The notes: generated from the letters alone by a model not told the origin. 32,000 bases of DNA from an archaeon (GCA_024275415.1 JAJRZD010000049.1:17614-49613), one strand, 5' to 3'. Numbered from the stretch's first letter, positions 18,178-26,630 are shown. Made by a program: numbers and translations.

Positions 18178-18402
18178 ATGATGGCTGGAACATATGAGGT
18201 TGCCTTGAAACAGATCCCCTCGCGAAAGTTAAGGAAGCGGGTCAAGGATTTTGTGAAAGGAAATGATGTTTCAGTAAGGGACATCACCGGACAGCATTAC
18301 TCCGTAGGTCTTGAACGGAACAAGTTGATTTTGAGACCTGAGGAGAATATAGGTTCACATTCTGACGGGGGTTGTGTACCTGTAGATTGTCCTCATGCTT
18401 GA
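18178..18402 (+). CDS. Small basic hypothetical protein (74 aa)
   Basis: GGAG at 18169-18172 precedes ATGATG. The sequence is protein-like (TYEVALKQIPSRKLRKRVKDFVKG...HYSVGLERNKLILRP) and lies in otherwise unassigned space. Confidence 0.5.
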   Translation: MMAGTYEVALKQIPSRKLRKRVKDFVKGNDVSVRDITGQHYSVGLERNKLILRPEENIGSHSDGGCVPVDCPHA

Positions 18403-18650
18403 AGGCACTATGGTTTCAGCCAGTATTTCTTTTTTGACAAGGTGGTGTGTGGCTTGTCTCAGCCTGCTCTTGGTTCTTCATTGCTGTTGCTCAGACAGGG
18501 GTAACAGCTTCATTGACCTATCAGAATGATAGTAGCCACACTCTAGTATCATTGACTCACCGCTAATAAAGATTCAATAGGGTGATTTGTTACTAACCGT
18601 CCGCATTAATGTTCGCATTTTGGGATTTAATCGACGTTCAATGAGGCAAC

Positions 18651-19697
18651 ATGGCAATGAACCGAAAGATGGTAGGACAATATACACTTCGAATGATCGG
18701 GCTCATTCTCTTTGTGGTCATTATTGCAAATACTGATTTCACAGGGGTTGGTTATATCCTGACCAACATTAACCTCCTTTACCTGATTGCTCTTGTTGTA
18801 CTAGTCCTGCCAATCATGCTACTCAAGGGCTTCCGCTGGTATGTGATTGCGAATTCGTTGGGAATGAACCTCAAGCCTGATGAGGCTACAACTGGGTTAT
18901 GCATCGCACAGATGACCGGTCTGACCCTACCGGGTGCTTTGGGAGACCTGATTCGTATCCCATTCTTGAAATGTCGCGGCAATCCTTCCGACAAGTCGAT
19001 ACTTAGTCTGTTCCTGGATGCTATTGCAGCATCCATTGTCCCTTACTCGGTTTCTATCATTGCGATGATAGAATTCTTCAATCTTGATGTTTCGTTGATT
19101 GTTGCGGTTGTATTCTTTGGACTGTTGTTCGTCATTGGTGTCTATGGCATCTTCAAGATTATCATGTTCATCATCGGCCCGTGGATGTATCAGGCACGAT
19201 TAAGGCGGATACAGCGAGGAGGTGCTCTAGGAAGGATAGTGTTTCAGACCCGTGATTCCATTCGTTTCATTGGTTTGCCATCGTTCTTCTTAGCAACTCT
19301 GTTGTCTGGGTTGGCATGGCTGGTCTATTCTATGCAAGGATGGCTCCTCGCGCGTGTCTTGCAACTTGATGTCACATGGTATCACATCGCCTTGGCATTG
19401 ACGTTGACCTCCTTGATTACAGCACTTCCCATCTCGATTCAAGGAGTAGGTATCCGAGAAGGCGTCCTTTTGTTCATCCTGAGTACATTATTGGGTTTAG
19501 AAGCCAGTTCAGTCGTAGTATTTGCAATAGCATTGACCCTGATTTCCCTGACCCCTGCAGCGTGGGGAATCATAAGTTGGATTCGTGATCCCTTCGTCCG
19601 CTTGGAACCCGAACATGTGGAGGATGCCATAACGCAGCCTATTGAGGTGTTCTTAAACCTCAGTAATTCTGAATTTGAGATTTCGCACAATACATGA
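18651..19697 (+). CDS. Lysylphosphatidylglycerol-synthase TM-domain / UPF0104 (AglD2-like) flippase-type membrane protein
   Basis: About 8 hydrophobic segments. Motifs KGFRW, TLPGALGDLIR and ALPISIQGVGIREG are typical of this family. Confidence 0.85.
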   Translation: MAMNRKMVGQYTLRMIGLILFVVIIANTDFTGVGYILTNINLLYLIALVVLVLPIMLLKGFRWYVIANSLGMNLKPDEATTGLCIAQMTGLTLPGALGDLIRIPFLKCRGNPSDKSILSLFLDAIAASIVPYSVSIIAMIEFFNLDVSLIVAVVFFGLLFVIGVYGIFKIIMFIIGPWMYQARLRRIQRGGALGRIVFQTRDSIRFIGLPSFFLATLLSGLAWLVYSMQGWLLARVLQLDVTWYHIALALTLTSLITALPISIQGVGIREGVLLFILSTLLGLEASSVVVFAIALTLISLTPAAWGIISWIRDPFVRLEPEHVEDAITQPIEVFLNLSNSEFEISHNT

Positions 19698-19734
19698 GGT
19701 TAATTTCTTAACAGAAACCGTCAGACATTGGTAC

Positions 19735-20877
19735 ATGCCCGACACTGGCAGACTGTTGAATTTAGCAAAAGAAATGATATCTGCGAATTCTGAGAACCCT
19801 CCTGGTTATGAGAAAGACGTCGCTGCGATTCTAAAAGACCATTTGGAATCCGAAGGACTATCATGTAGGTCTGTTGGATCCAGCGAGAGACCCAATCTCA
19901 TCTTCTCCACCAATGACGATGCAGTTGGGCCGTTGGTCATCCACGGACACATGGATACAGTTCCCGCTGGCAATCTTGATCAATGGTCGCATGATCCGTT
20001 CAAAGCAGAGGTCGTTGACGGGCGCCTTTACGGTCGTGGTGCATGTGACATGAAAGGGCCTTTGGCTGCATTGGCTGAAACCATGATACTTTACAGCGAG
20101 AAGAACTACGATGTCCCTCTTGTGCTTCTCTGCACTTCTGATGAAGAGAGTGGATGTTCGGGAGCGGAAGTGGTTGCGGATAGTGGTTTCCTGAAGGGTG
20201 TAAAGTATGGTGTCTGTGCTGAGCCCACCGGATTGGATGTGCTTGTAGGTGAGAAAGGCATGCTCTGGACAAAGGTCGCCGCACACGGGAAGGCCGCTCA
20301 CGGTTCACGGCCAGGAGAAGGGCGAAATGCAATCCTTCTATGCCAAAGGGCATTGGATGTTCTGACCCAGCATGATTATCATTCAGAGCCCAATGACTTA
20401 CTCGGTCAGATGACCATCAACATTGGGATGATACAGGGCGGTGTTAAGATCAATGTGGTTCCTGACTATTGCGAGGCAAGTATTGATATGAGGACTGTAG
20501 CAGGACAAACTGTTGAGAGTATCATGGATGAAATGAATCAGGTACTCGCAGATGCTGGTATGGACGAATCCATTTCCATTGAATACGTTCATGGAAAGCC
20601 CGCGGTAATAACTCCTGATGATGCTCTAATCGTCAGAATTGCGCAGGATGTTGTTGCGTCTGTCACAGGAGCCAGAAACCCTCTGACTGCTGCAACATAT
20701 GGTACCGATTGTTCAGTGCTTCAACCTCGGATTAACATTCTGAATGTCATATGTGGACCTGGTTCTATTGAGCAAGCTCATCAACCTGACGAGTACATCC
20801 AAATTAGCCAGCTCGAAGATGCTGTGAATGTCTATCTCACGATTGCAGAGCGTGTCCTACAGGAGAAGAGTCCCTGA
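19735..20877 (+). CDS. M20 family metallo-amidohydrolase (ArgE/DapE-like)
   Basis: Motifs HGHMDTVP, GRGACDMKG, SDEESG, AEPT, GKAAHGS and GPGSIEQAHQPDEY are present. Start ATG 19735. Confidence 0.93.
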   Translation: MPDTGRLLNLAKEMISANSENPPGYEKDVAAILKDHLESEGLSCRSVGSSERPNLIFSTNDDAVGPLVIHGHMDTVPAGNLDQWSHDPFKAEVVDGRLYGRGACDMKGPLAALAETMILYSEKNYDVPLVLLCTSDEESGCSGAEVVADSGFLKGVKYGVCAEPTGLDVLVGEKGMLWTKVAAHGKAAHGSRPGEGRNAILLCQRALDVLTQHDYHSEPNDLLGQMTINIGMIQGGVKINVVPDYCEASIDMRTVAGQTVESIMDEMNQVLADAGMDESISIEYVHGKPAVITPDDALIVRIAQDVVASVTGARNPLTAATYGTDCSVLQPRINILNVICGPGSIEQAHQPDEYIQISQLEDAVNVYLTIAERVLQEKSP

Positions 20878-20949
20878 GAAAGATTAAAGTCGTTCTGGTA
20901 ATGGATGAAACACCGGTGTGATTATAGATTAAGGAAAGGGAGCTTGTTT

Positions 20950-21369
20950 ATGATATTCGGAAGAACCAAACAAAAGCCAATCATCAAGAAATTGAAGAAG
21001 ATGCAGTCAGATATCGAGAAAGGCAAAGTTCCCAAGCTCCCTGAAACAAGGACTAGACAGGAAATTATTACAGAGATTTTCGTCGGGCATCTTGAATCCA
21101 TAGGGCTTCAGCCGGCATCAGACTCTGGTTTCCTTCCTTCCTCTCAGACCCCTCTAGCGAAATACCTTCGGCGGCTTGGTGTTACTGACGACATAATCGA
21201 TGCGGTCATTGCAGGACTAGCTGAGGAGGAATCCGCTCGTGCCGTCATGGACATAGTGGAAGCAGCTGCTGACACTCCCGAAATCAACCTTCATGGTGAC
21301 TATTTAACACGAGCAAAAGAACTTGCAGTATTGGAGTGGAAAAAGCGGAAACAATTCGAAACGTCTTGA
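20950..21369 (+). CDS. Hypothetical helical protein (139 aa)
   Basis: The ORF fills the gap in a co-directional run; GGGAG lies upstream of ATG 20950. No family recognised. Confidence 0.75.
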   Translation: MIFGRTKQKPIIKKLKKMQSDIEKGKVPKLPETRTRQEIITEIFVGHLESIGLQPASDSGFLPSSQTPLAKYLRRLGVTDDIIDAVIAGLAEEESARAVMDIVEAAADTPEINLHGDYLTRAKELAVLEWKKRKQFETS

Positions 21370-21381
21370 GGTAGCATCAAT

Positions 21382-22104
21382 ATGACCGAATTACTTCATA
21401 TGCGAGACAACTATATTCGAGAATTCGATGCCACTGTCATAGACATAATTGACAACTCAATCATTCTTGATAGGACTGCCTTTTATCCCGAGGGCGGAGG
21501 ACAGATTGGTGATACTGGGATTCTGAGGAATGAACACAGCGAGGTTCGAATAATAGGGACTAGGAAGAGAGAAGGGATTATCCATCACATCGTTGATGGC
21601 ACTCATTCCTTCTCTACTGGTGATACAATCACTGGCACTCTTAATTGGGATCAACGGTACGAATGCATGCGATTCCATACAGCCCAGCATATCCTCTCAC
21701 GTTATTTGCAGACGAACTATGGGCTCGAAACCGTAGGGAATCAAATCTCATGTGGTACAAGTAGAGCAGATTACGCTCCTCTGGAGAAATTTGATGAGGA
21801 GATGAAAGAGCAGGTCGCTCAAGGCGTGAATGAACTCATAGCTCAGAACATGGATGTCATTTTGCAATTCATGCCAAGGGATGATGCTATTCGGTTCTTG
21901 AAGGAGCGGGGCTATCAATACCGCTATCTTGAGATGGTTCCCAAGGAAGTAAAGGACTTCCGGATAATAATCATTGGGGACTATGATGCTGCATCATGTG
22001 CCGGTACTCATGTTGCAAATACAAAAGAGATTGGAAGTATCAGATTGGGCAAGACCAAGAATGTTGGTGCTGGGAAACGAAGAATCTATTTCTCTCTCAA
22101 GTGA
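21382..22104 (+). CDS. alaX: Free-standing alanyl-tRNA editing protein (AlaX-M type)
   Basis: Motifs LDRTAFYPEGGGQ and GDTG, plus Zn ligands HTAQH and CAGTH; 240 aa. Confidence 0.92.
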   Translation: MTELLHMRDNYIREFDATVIDIIDNSIILDRTAFYPEGGGQIGDTGILRNEHSEVRIIGTRKREGIIHHIVDGTHSFSTGDTITGTLNWDQRYECMRFHTAQHILSRYLQTNYGLETVGNQISCGTSRADYAPLEKFDEEMKEQVAQGVNELIAQNMDVILQFMPRDDAIRFLKERGYQYRYLEMVPKEVKDFRIIIIGDYDAASCAGTHVANTKEIGSIRLGKTKNVGAGKRRIYFSLK

Positions 22105-22178
22105 CCGCGAAGCAATGAGGGTACTGCACTTGCCAACATCTTTATGACCATAAGGAATCTTCACATACAGTGAGTGAG

Positions 22179-23465
22179 ATGAAGGCGCTTGTATTAACAG
22201 CTGGGATTGGCAATCGACTCCGACCACTGACAGCAAAGCGATCAAAATCGATGCTTATGATCGCTGGGAAGCCAGTACTGAGCTACATTTTTGAGAGTCT
22301 AAAAGAAAACGGGATCAAAGATGTGGTCGTTGTCACTGGTCACGGCAGGGAGGAGATAATAAACCGATTCCAGCATGGTGGTAATCTTGGTATCAAAATC
22401 AGGTATGCCCTCCAGCACAAGCAGAAAGGAGTAGAGAATGCAATCCTGACAGCAAAGGACGAACTTGAATCAGAAGAAGAATTCCTGCTCATCAATGGCG
22501 ATGTCCTAGTTGAGCCTGACATGATCCGCCGCACTCTAGGCAGCCATGAATCCATGGACGCGCATACAACCATGCTGGTGACGCTTGTTTCGAACCCGCA
22601 ACAGTTTGGCACAGTAAAGATTGGGAAGAATGGTATGGTCGAAAAGCTTGTGGAGAAGGGCGGTCCAGAACGCTATGTCAGCAATTATGCAGTTGCCGGG
22701 GTTTCCGTTTTCAATTCTGAGATTTTGACCTATCTTGAGAAATACAAGACCATGGAGAATGCAGTAGAGCACATGATTACCACAAAGCAAAACGTTGTGG
22801 CTTGTGTCTGGGAAAAGGAATGGGCCGAGTTCACTTGGCCATGGGATATCCTGAAAGCAAACAGAATCGTCATGGATCGGAAGCTGAAAGGAAAAGGGAG
22901 TTATATTTCTGAAACAGCAGATATCCATGACAGTGTAACAATCGAAGGCCCGGTGTATATTGATGATGCTGCTGTCATTCGTCCTCACTCTTCAGTAAAA
23001 GGACCCGTCTGGATAGGAAAGCGTGTCTTTATCGGCAATAATTCGCTTGTCCGCGATTATGCGAGCCTATGTGAGGATGTCCACATCGGGTATTCCGTAG
23101 AGATACGGAATAGTATGATCTTTGACAAGGTAGATGTGGGCAGGATGACCTACATAGCTGACTCTCTCATTGGGGCAGGGAGCTGTATCGAGGCTGGGGC
23201 ACAGCTCTGGAACTGGAGACCTGGAAGCGAACCTTTCTATCTTGATACAAATGGGAATAAGGTACAGATCCCACTAAGCAAGTTTGGAGCGATTATCGGA
23301 GACAGTGTAGTCATTGGCGTGAATACCTCCATATATCCAGCCCGCAGGATAGGTGAAGGTAGTTTCATTGCTCCCGGTTGTGTGATTGACCGAGACATCC
23401 CGCCCTACAGCGAAGTCCATATGAAACAGGAGTTAATCCTTTCAGAAAGGACTTCGAAGTGCTAG
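22179..23465 (+). CDS. Sugar-phosphate nucleotidyltransferase with a left-handed beta-helix (archaeal GlmU-like)
   Basis: MKALVLTAGIGNRLRPLT...K...GKPVL and NGD, then hexapeptide repeats (IEGPVYI...VKGPVWIG...GAIIGDSVVIGVN). Confidence 0.9.
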   Translation: MKALVLTAGIGNRLRPLTAKRSKSMLMIAGKPVLSYIFESLKENGIKDVVVVTGHGREEIINRFQHGGNLGIKIRYALQHKQKGVENAILTAKDELESEEEFLLINGDVLVEPDMIRRTLGSHESMDAHTTMLVTLVSNPQQFGTVKIGKNGMVEKLVEKGGPERYVSNYAVAGVSVFNSEILTYLEKYKTMENAVEHMITTKQNVVACVWEKEWAEFTWPWDILKANRIVMDRKLKGKGSYISETADIHDSVTIEGPVYIDDAAVIRPHSSVKGPVWIGKRVFIGNNSLVRDYASLCEDVHIGYSVEIRNSMIFDKVDVGRMTYIADSLIGAGSCIEAGAQLWNWRPGSEPFYLDTNGNKVQIPLSKFGAIIGDSVVIGVNTSIYPARRIGEGSFIAPGCVIDRDIPPYSEVHMKQELILSERTSKC

Positions 23466-23594
23466 TGACCCTGCCAAACCACATACCAACACATTCCAAG
23501 TGTAGAAGCGACGTAAACCTATGAGCATCTTTTTAAGCCAAACTCTAGACAATGGCGATGAACTGCGGAACAAGATTAATGGAGAGTAATTACT

Positions 23595-24485
23595 ATTAGC
23601 CGCAAGAAATGGGGAAAATCTACCATAAAGACCGAGAAGGTTATCCGTGCTGCAATTCCAAAACCAGAAACATTGGCAGAGATTGACCAATACCTGAGCA
23701 AAGCACGATCTATAACTCCGTACGATTTGGCAAATCGATTTGGAATTCGGATGAGCGTAGCTCGAAAACTGTTACGTCAGAAAGAAACAGAAGGAGTAGT
23801 GGTGCCTTATATCCGCGGAGGCGGCTTTGTTGTGTATTCTACCCCTGCTGAGATTGCTAGGCGTGAAGGAGGCACTCCTATAATGACTGCGGATGTCTTG
23901 AAGGAGATATCATCATCAGTTTCACATGAAACTGTATTCGATGAAGAGATGGAAGCCGCTCTTGCCGCTGCTGCTTCTTCAGCCGGAACTATCGTCAAGC
24001 CTAGTAAATTGGCAAGAAAGCGACGTGAGGTCGGCGAGAGAAAAGAACGAAAGGAAACGCGTCCTGAAATAGTAGTTGAGCCTCTGACAGAGGAAACACC
24101 TCCAGTCCCAGAACCCCCCAAGGTGGAGGAGAAACCCAAGGAGGCTGCTAAGAAACCAAAGAAGGAAGAAAAGCCCAAGAAGGCTGCTCCAAAGACAGAA
24201 CCAAAGAAGGCTGACAAGAAACCCAAAAAGGAATCCAAGACAACTGCCAAAAAACCTGCGGCCAAGAAGGTTCGCAAACCAGAACTCGTTGATATCGAGG
24301 GTGTTGGTCCCAAAAAGGCAGAGAAAATTCGAGAAAGCGGTTTCAAGACTGTTGCAGCAATATCCAAGACCACAGCTGAAAAGCTCTCCAAGAAAGTTTC
24401 GGGAATCTCAGAGACCACAGCTCAGCATTACATCGATTCAGCCAAGAAACTAATTGAAGAATATGAAAAGGCCAAGGCACAATAG
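23595..24485 (+). CDS. rps25e: 30S ribosomal protein eS25 fused via a K/E/P/A linker to a helix-hairpin-helix domain; probable ATT start
   Basis: RKKWGK...ITPYDLANRFGIRMSVARKLL...GVV...VVY is the eS25 winged helix. C-terminal LVDIEGVGPKKAEKIRESGF...VSGISETTA is HhH-like. No ATG/GTG/TTG lies in frame between the TAA at 23577 and the TTG at 23673. Confidence 0.85.
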   Translation: MSRKKWGKSTIKTEKVIRAAIPKPETLAEIDQYLSKARSITPYDLANRFGIRMSVARKLLRQKETEGVVVPYIRGGGFVVYSTPAEIARREGGTPIMTADVLKEISSSVSHETVFDEEMEAALAAAASSAGTIVKPSKLARKRREVGERKERKETRPEIVVEPLTEETPPVPEPPKVEEKPKEAAKKPKKEEKPKKAAPKTEPKKADKKPKKESKTTAKKPAAKKVRKPELVDIEGVGPKKAEKIRESGFKTVAAISKTTAEKLSKKVSGISETTAQHYIDSAKKLIEEYEKAKAQ

Positions 24486-24505
24486 AACGCAACTCGCGGT
24501 GATAC

Positions 24506-24530
24506 GGAGGTAGTCCTAGAGATTACCTCC
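24506..24530. terminator. 10-bp hairpin downstream of rps25e
   Basis: GGAGGTAGTC-CTAGA-GATTACCTCC, about 20 nt after the stop codon; no long T-tract. Confidence 0.4.
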
Positions 24531-25003
24531 ATGCTATCGTTTATTGTAAGTTGTACAATCTTGGACACCAGAGTGTTGTACTCCCAGACAACGGCATTGG
24601 GAACGACTCCGTGAGGTTCTACATGTGTCATGGATTCCCTCACCGAGTATGTTTTGTCGAAACTATACACGCACCCACAACAAGATGTCCATGATCGTCT
24701 AGGTCTTGTACAGCTGTTGTCAACCTCATTCTCTGGCTCTAGCAACGAAACTGAATCCGTTATGGGTGCCAGTGCCATGCCATTTGTTGGTAAGTCTTAA
24801 GACCATTCTCTCAATTCACTTCTCAGAATTTCCTCTTAGGAACAGCCCTCGGATAATTTGAATAACCTTTCTTTTGACGCGAAAAACATGTGCATGTAAT
24901 TACCAAATAGAAAGTTCGAAAGCAAGTCATATTGAAATTGATGGCCCAAAAACTTGGATAATCTGAATGAGGTTTCAAGGGCGTCGCAGTAATATAGAAG
25001 CTG

Positions 25004-25030
25004 GGAGGTTATTTTTCTGATTCAACCTCC
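25004..25030. terminator. Inverted repeat downstream of the convergent 195-aa gene
   Basis: GGAGGTT-N13-AACCTCC. Confidence 0.3.
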
Positions 25031-25085
25031 ACGCTATTCTATCGTATTCTGTATATGATTCATGTAGAACCATTTGAAGCCCGAT

Positions 25086-25673
25086 TTATTTCAAAGCTGC
25101 AATCTGTTTGTCCAGTTCTTCCAGCTGCGAGTCCAATTCTGCTTCCTTGGACTTGTAGTCTTCTTCTGGGATGTACCCTCTCATATAATCGAACCGCAGG
25201 TCTGTCAAGGCCGCCTTCAACCGATCCTTTTGCTGGAGCAGAAAGTCCAGTTGATCATCGCCCCCCTTTGGAGGTTCAGGTGGTGCTTCACTAACGGCAG
25301 GCTGTGAAACCGGTGCAGGTGTCGGCTCAGGTGCAGGGGTTGGAGTTGAAACTGGCTGAGGTTCTGGTACAGGGGTCGGCTCAGGCGGTGGGGTTGGTGC
25401 CGGAGTTGGAGCTGCTTCGGGTGCCGGAGCCGTGTCAACTTTTGGGGATGAACCGCTTTGGACAGTTTCCATCTGTTCCATGTTCTTCCTCAGCATGTCA
25501 ATCTGATTCGCAATTTCAGTGAAGCTGTCATTGATTGTCTTGTTGATTGACATCTTCATCTTTGCGAAGTTCTCTGCGAGTTGATCAGCTAGCTTTTTTG
25601 TTTCTGCAACATTGCTAGCGAAACCTTCTATTGCTTTTAGTTTCTCTAATATCTCACCAATGTCAAAGGCCAT
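25086..25673 (-). CDS. Coiled-coil / Pro-rich linker / C-terminal helical hairpin protein
   Basis: SD AAGGTGA before the ATG. N-terminal heptads, about 60 aa of PAPEPTP-type repeats, then LTDLRFDYMRGYIPEEDYKSKEAELDSQL. Confidence 0.88.
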   Translation of the reverse strand: MAFDIGEILEKLKAIEGFASNVAETKKLADQLAENFAKMKMSINKTINDSFTEIANQIDMLRKNMEQMETVQSGSSPKVDTAPAPEAAPTPAPTPPPEPTPVPEPQPVSTPTPAPEPTPAPVSQPAVSEAPPEPPKGGDDQLDFLLQQKDRLKAALTDLRFDYMRGYIPEEDYKSKEAELDSQLEELDKQIAALK

Positions 25674-25776
25674 GAATTGTCACCTTTTTTATCGCCCTTA
25701 TGGAAAATATCCAGATTGCGAGTTCTTAACCTTTGTCATGACTAATACCTAAAATAGGTCTTCCTGTGTGCAAATC

Positions 25777-26628
25777 TCAGTTATCTTTCTTGTCTGATTT
25801 CCCTTCAAGGATCGCTCTTCGTATTATCTGGATGAGCCTATCTCGATATGAGATGTCAATGGCGACAAGTTCATAGGTCGGGATGCCGAGGATCTGTCCG
25901 ACACGTTCAGGCGTGAGTGCGGTTGGAAGATCTTGCTTGTTGGCAATTCCTAAGATCTTCGCATCTGGAACCTCATCTTTTACAAGTGTTACCAGTTTCT
26001 TACTTCTAAGCACATTCTCAAGTGTGCTGTCTGTAACAATCACTACCACTTGGGCATTAGCAATCATTTTCGCCCATAGAATACTGAATCGGGACTGTCC
26101 TGCAAGATCCCATAGAACGATATTGGCATTCTCCACCTCTTCTGGGAGTTTCTTGATGCTGACGCCGATGGTCGGATCATGGACGAGTGGAAGGGTTTCG
26201 CCTCGTAACAGGTGCAGTGTTGTGGTCTTCCCAACTCCTGCAAACCCTAGGATTGCAACCTTCACCATGGTCACGGCAATCTCATCGACTTTTTCATCAA
26301 ATCCGTCAAGAGGTTGATGATTCTTAGCCAGCTCTATATACTCGCGTTTGAATATATCAACCAATTGCCCCACTTTGTCCTCAATTTGTGCTGAATCATC
26401 TGCCTTATCAGCAATGAAAATGAATGTGAAGTCATCTTGAACAGTGTAGAAGAATCGTGATGTGGATAGGTTCATGAATTCAGTCTTTCCATCAAGGTTA
26501 ACTGTTCCAAGGAAATTCGTTAGGTTCACTAGAAACTCGACAAGACTGCTCCTTGCCTCGCTCTCTGCATACTCTTTTGAGAAGACGATATTTCCAGTTT
26601 TCTCGAGTATGTAGACGCTTCTAATCAC
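25777..26628 (-). CDS. Longin-domain-fused small GTPase (Ras superfamily, mixed Rab/Arf features)
   Basis: N-terminal MIRSVYILEKTGNIVFSKEY...FFYTVQDDFTFIFIAD is longin-like. GTPase motifs: G1 GFAGVGKT, G2 PTIG, G3 WDLAGQ, G4 NKQD. Confidence 0.92.
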   Translation of the reverse strand: MIRSVYILEKTGNIVFSKEYAESEARSSLVEFLVNLTNFLGTVNLDGKTEFMNLSTSRFFYTVQDDFTFIFIADKADDSAQIEDKVGQLVDIFKREYIELAKNHQPLDGFDEKVDEIAVTMVKVAILGFAGVGKTTTLHLLRGETLPLVHDPTIGVSIKKLPEEVENANIVLWDLAGQSRFSILWAKMIANAQVVVIVTDSTLENVLRSKKLVTLVKDEVPDAKILGIANKQDLPTALTPERVGQILGIPTYELVAIDISYRDRLIQIIRRAILEGKSDKKDN

Positions 26629-26630
26629 AT

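Noticed and set aside
18400-18504. Selenocysteine readthrough of the TGA ending the 74-aa ORF
   Set aside because: The TGA is not in a CxxU/UxxC context, the readthrough peptide is not recognisable, and I see no convincing SECIS downstream.
17793-18650. tRNA, RNase P RNA, SRP RNA or c-di-AMP riboswitch in the large gap
   Set aside because: No T-arm GTTCRA with an acceptor stem, no GAGGAAAGTCC, no SRP helix-8 motif. GACTGAATCC on the - strand lacks the downstream ydaO elements.
14917-20877. Lysine (DAP) biosynthesis cluster from two dapA-like genes plus a dapE-like gene
   Set aside because: Both aldolases lack the Arg138 equivalent. No dapB, dapD, dapF, lysA, asd or lysC gene is nearby, and M20 enzymes cannot be assigned to DapE by motif alone.
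23807-24418. Long antisense or alternative-frame ORFs (e.g. 23807-24418, 29755-30315, 15594-16091, 16407-16889, 17523-17897)
   Set aside because: They lie almost wholly within well-supported genes, and their composition mirrors the sense-strand codon bias.
24428-24778. 116-aa minus-strand ORF (contains CCGC)
   Set aside because: It has no SD, overlaps the rps25e 3' end by 58 nt, runs through the hairpin and shows no recognisable family. Kept only as part of the unexplained gap.
24506-25030. MITE bounded by GGAGGT...ACCTCC
   Set aside because: The terminal inverted match is only 6 bp, there is no target-site duplication, and there is no second copy or transposase in the window.
25280-25440. 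Short GC-rich repeats as a CRISPR array or VNTR
   Set aside because: They are imperfect Pro/Ala/Thr/Glu codon repeats inside a CDS, with no constant repeat and unique spacer structure.
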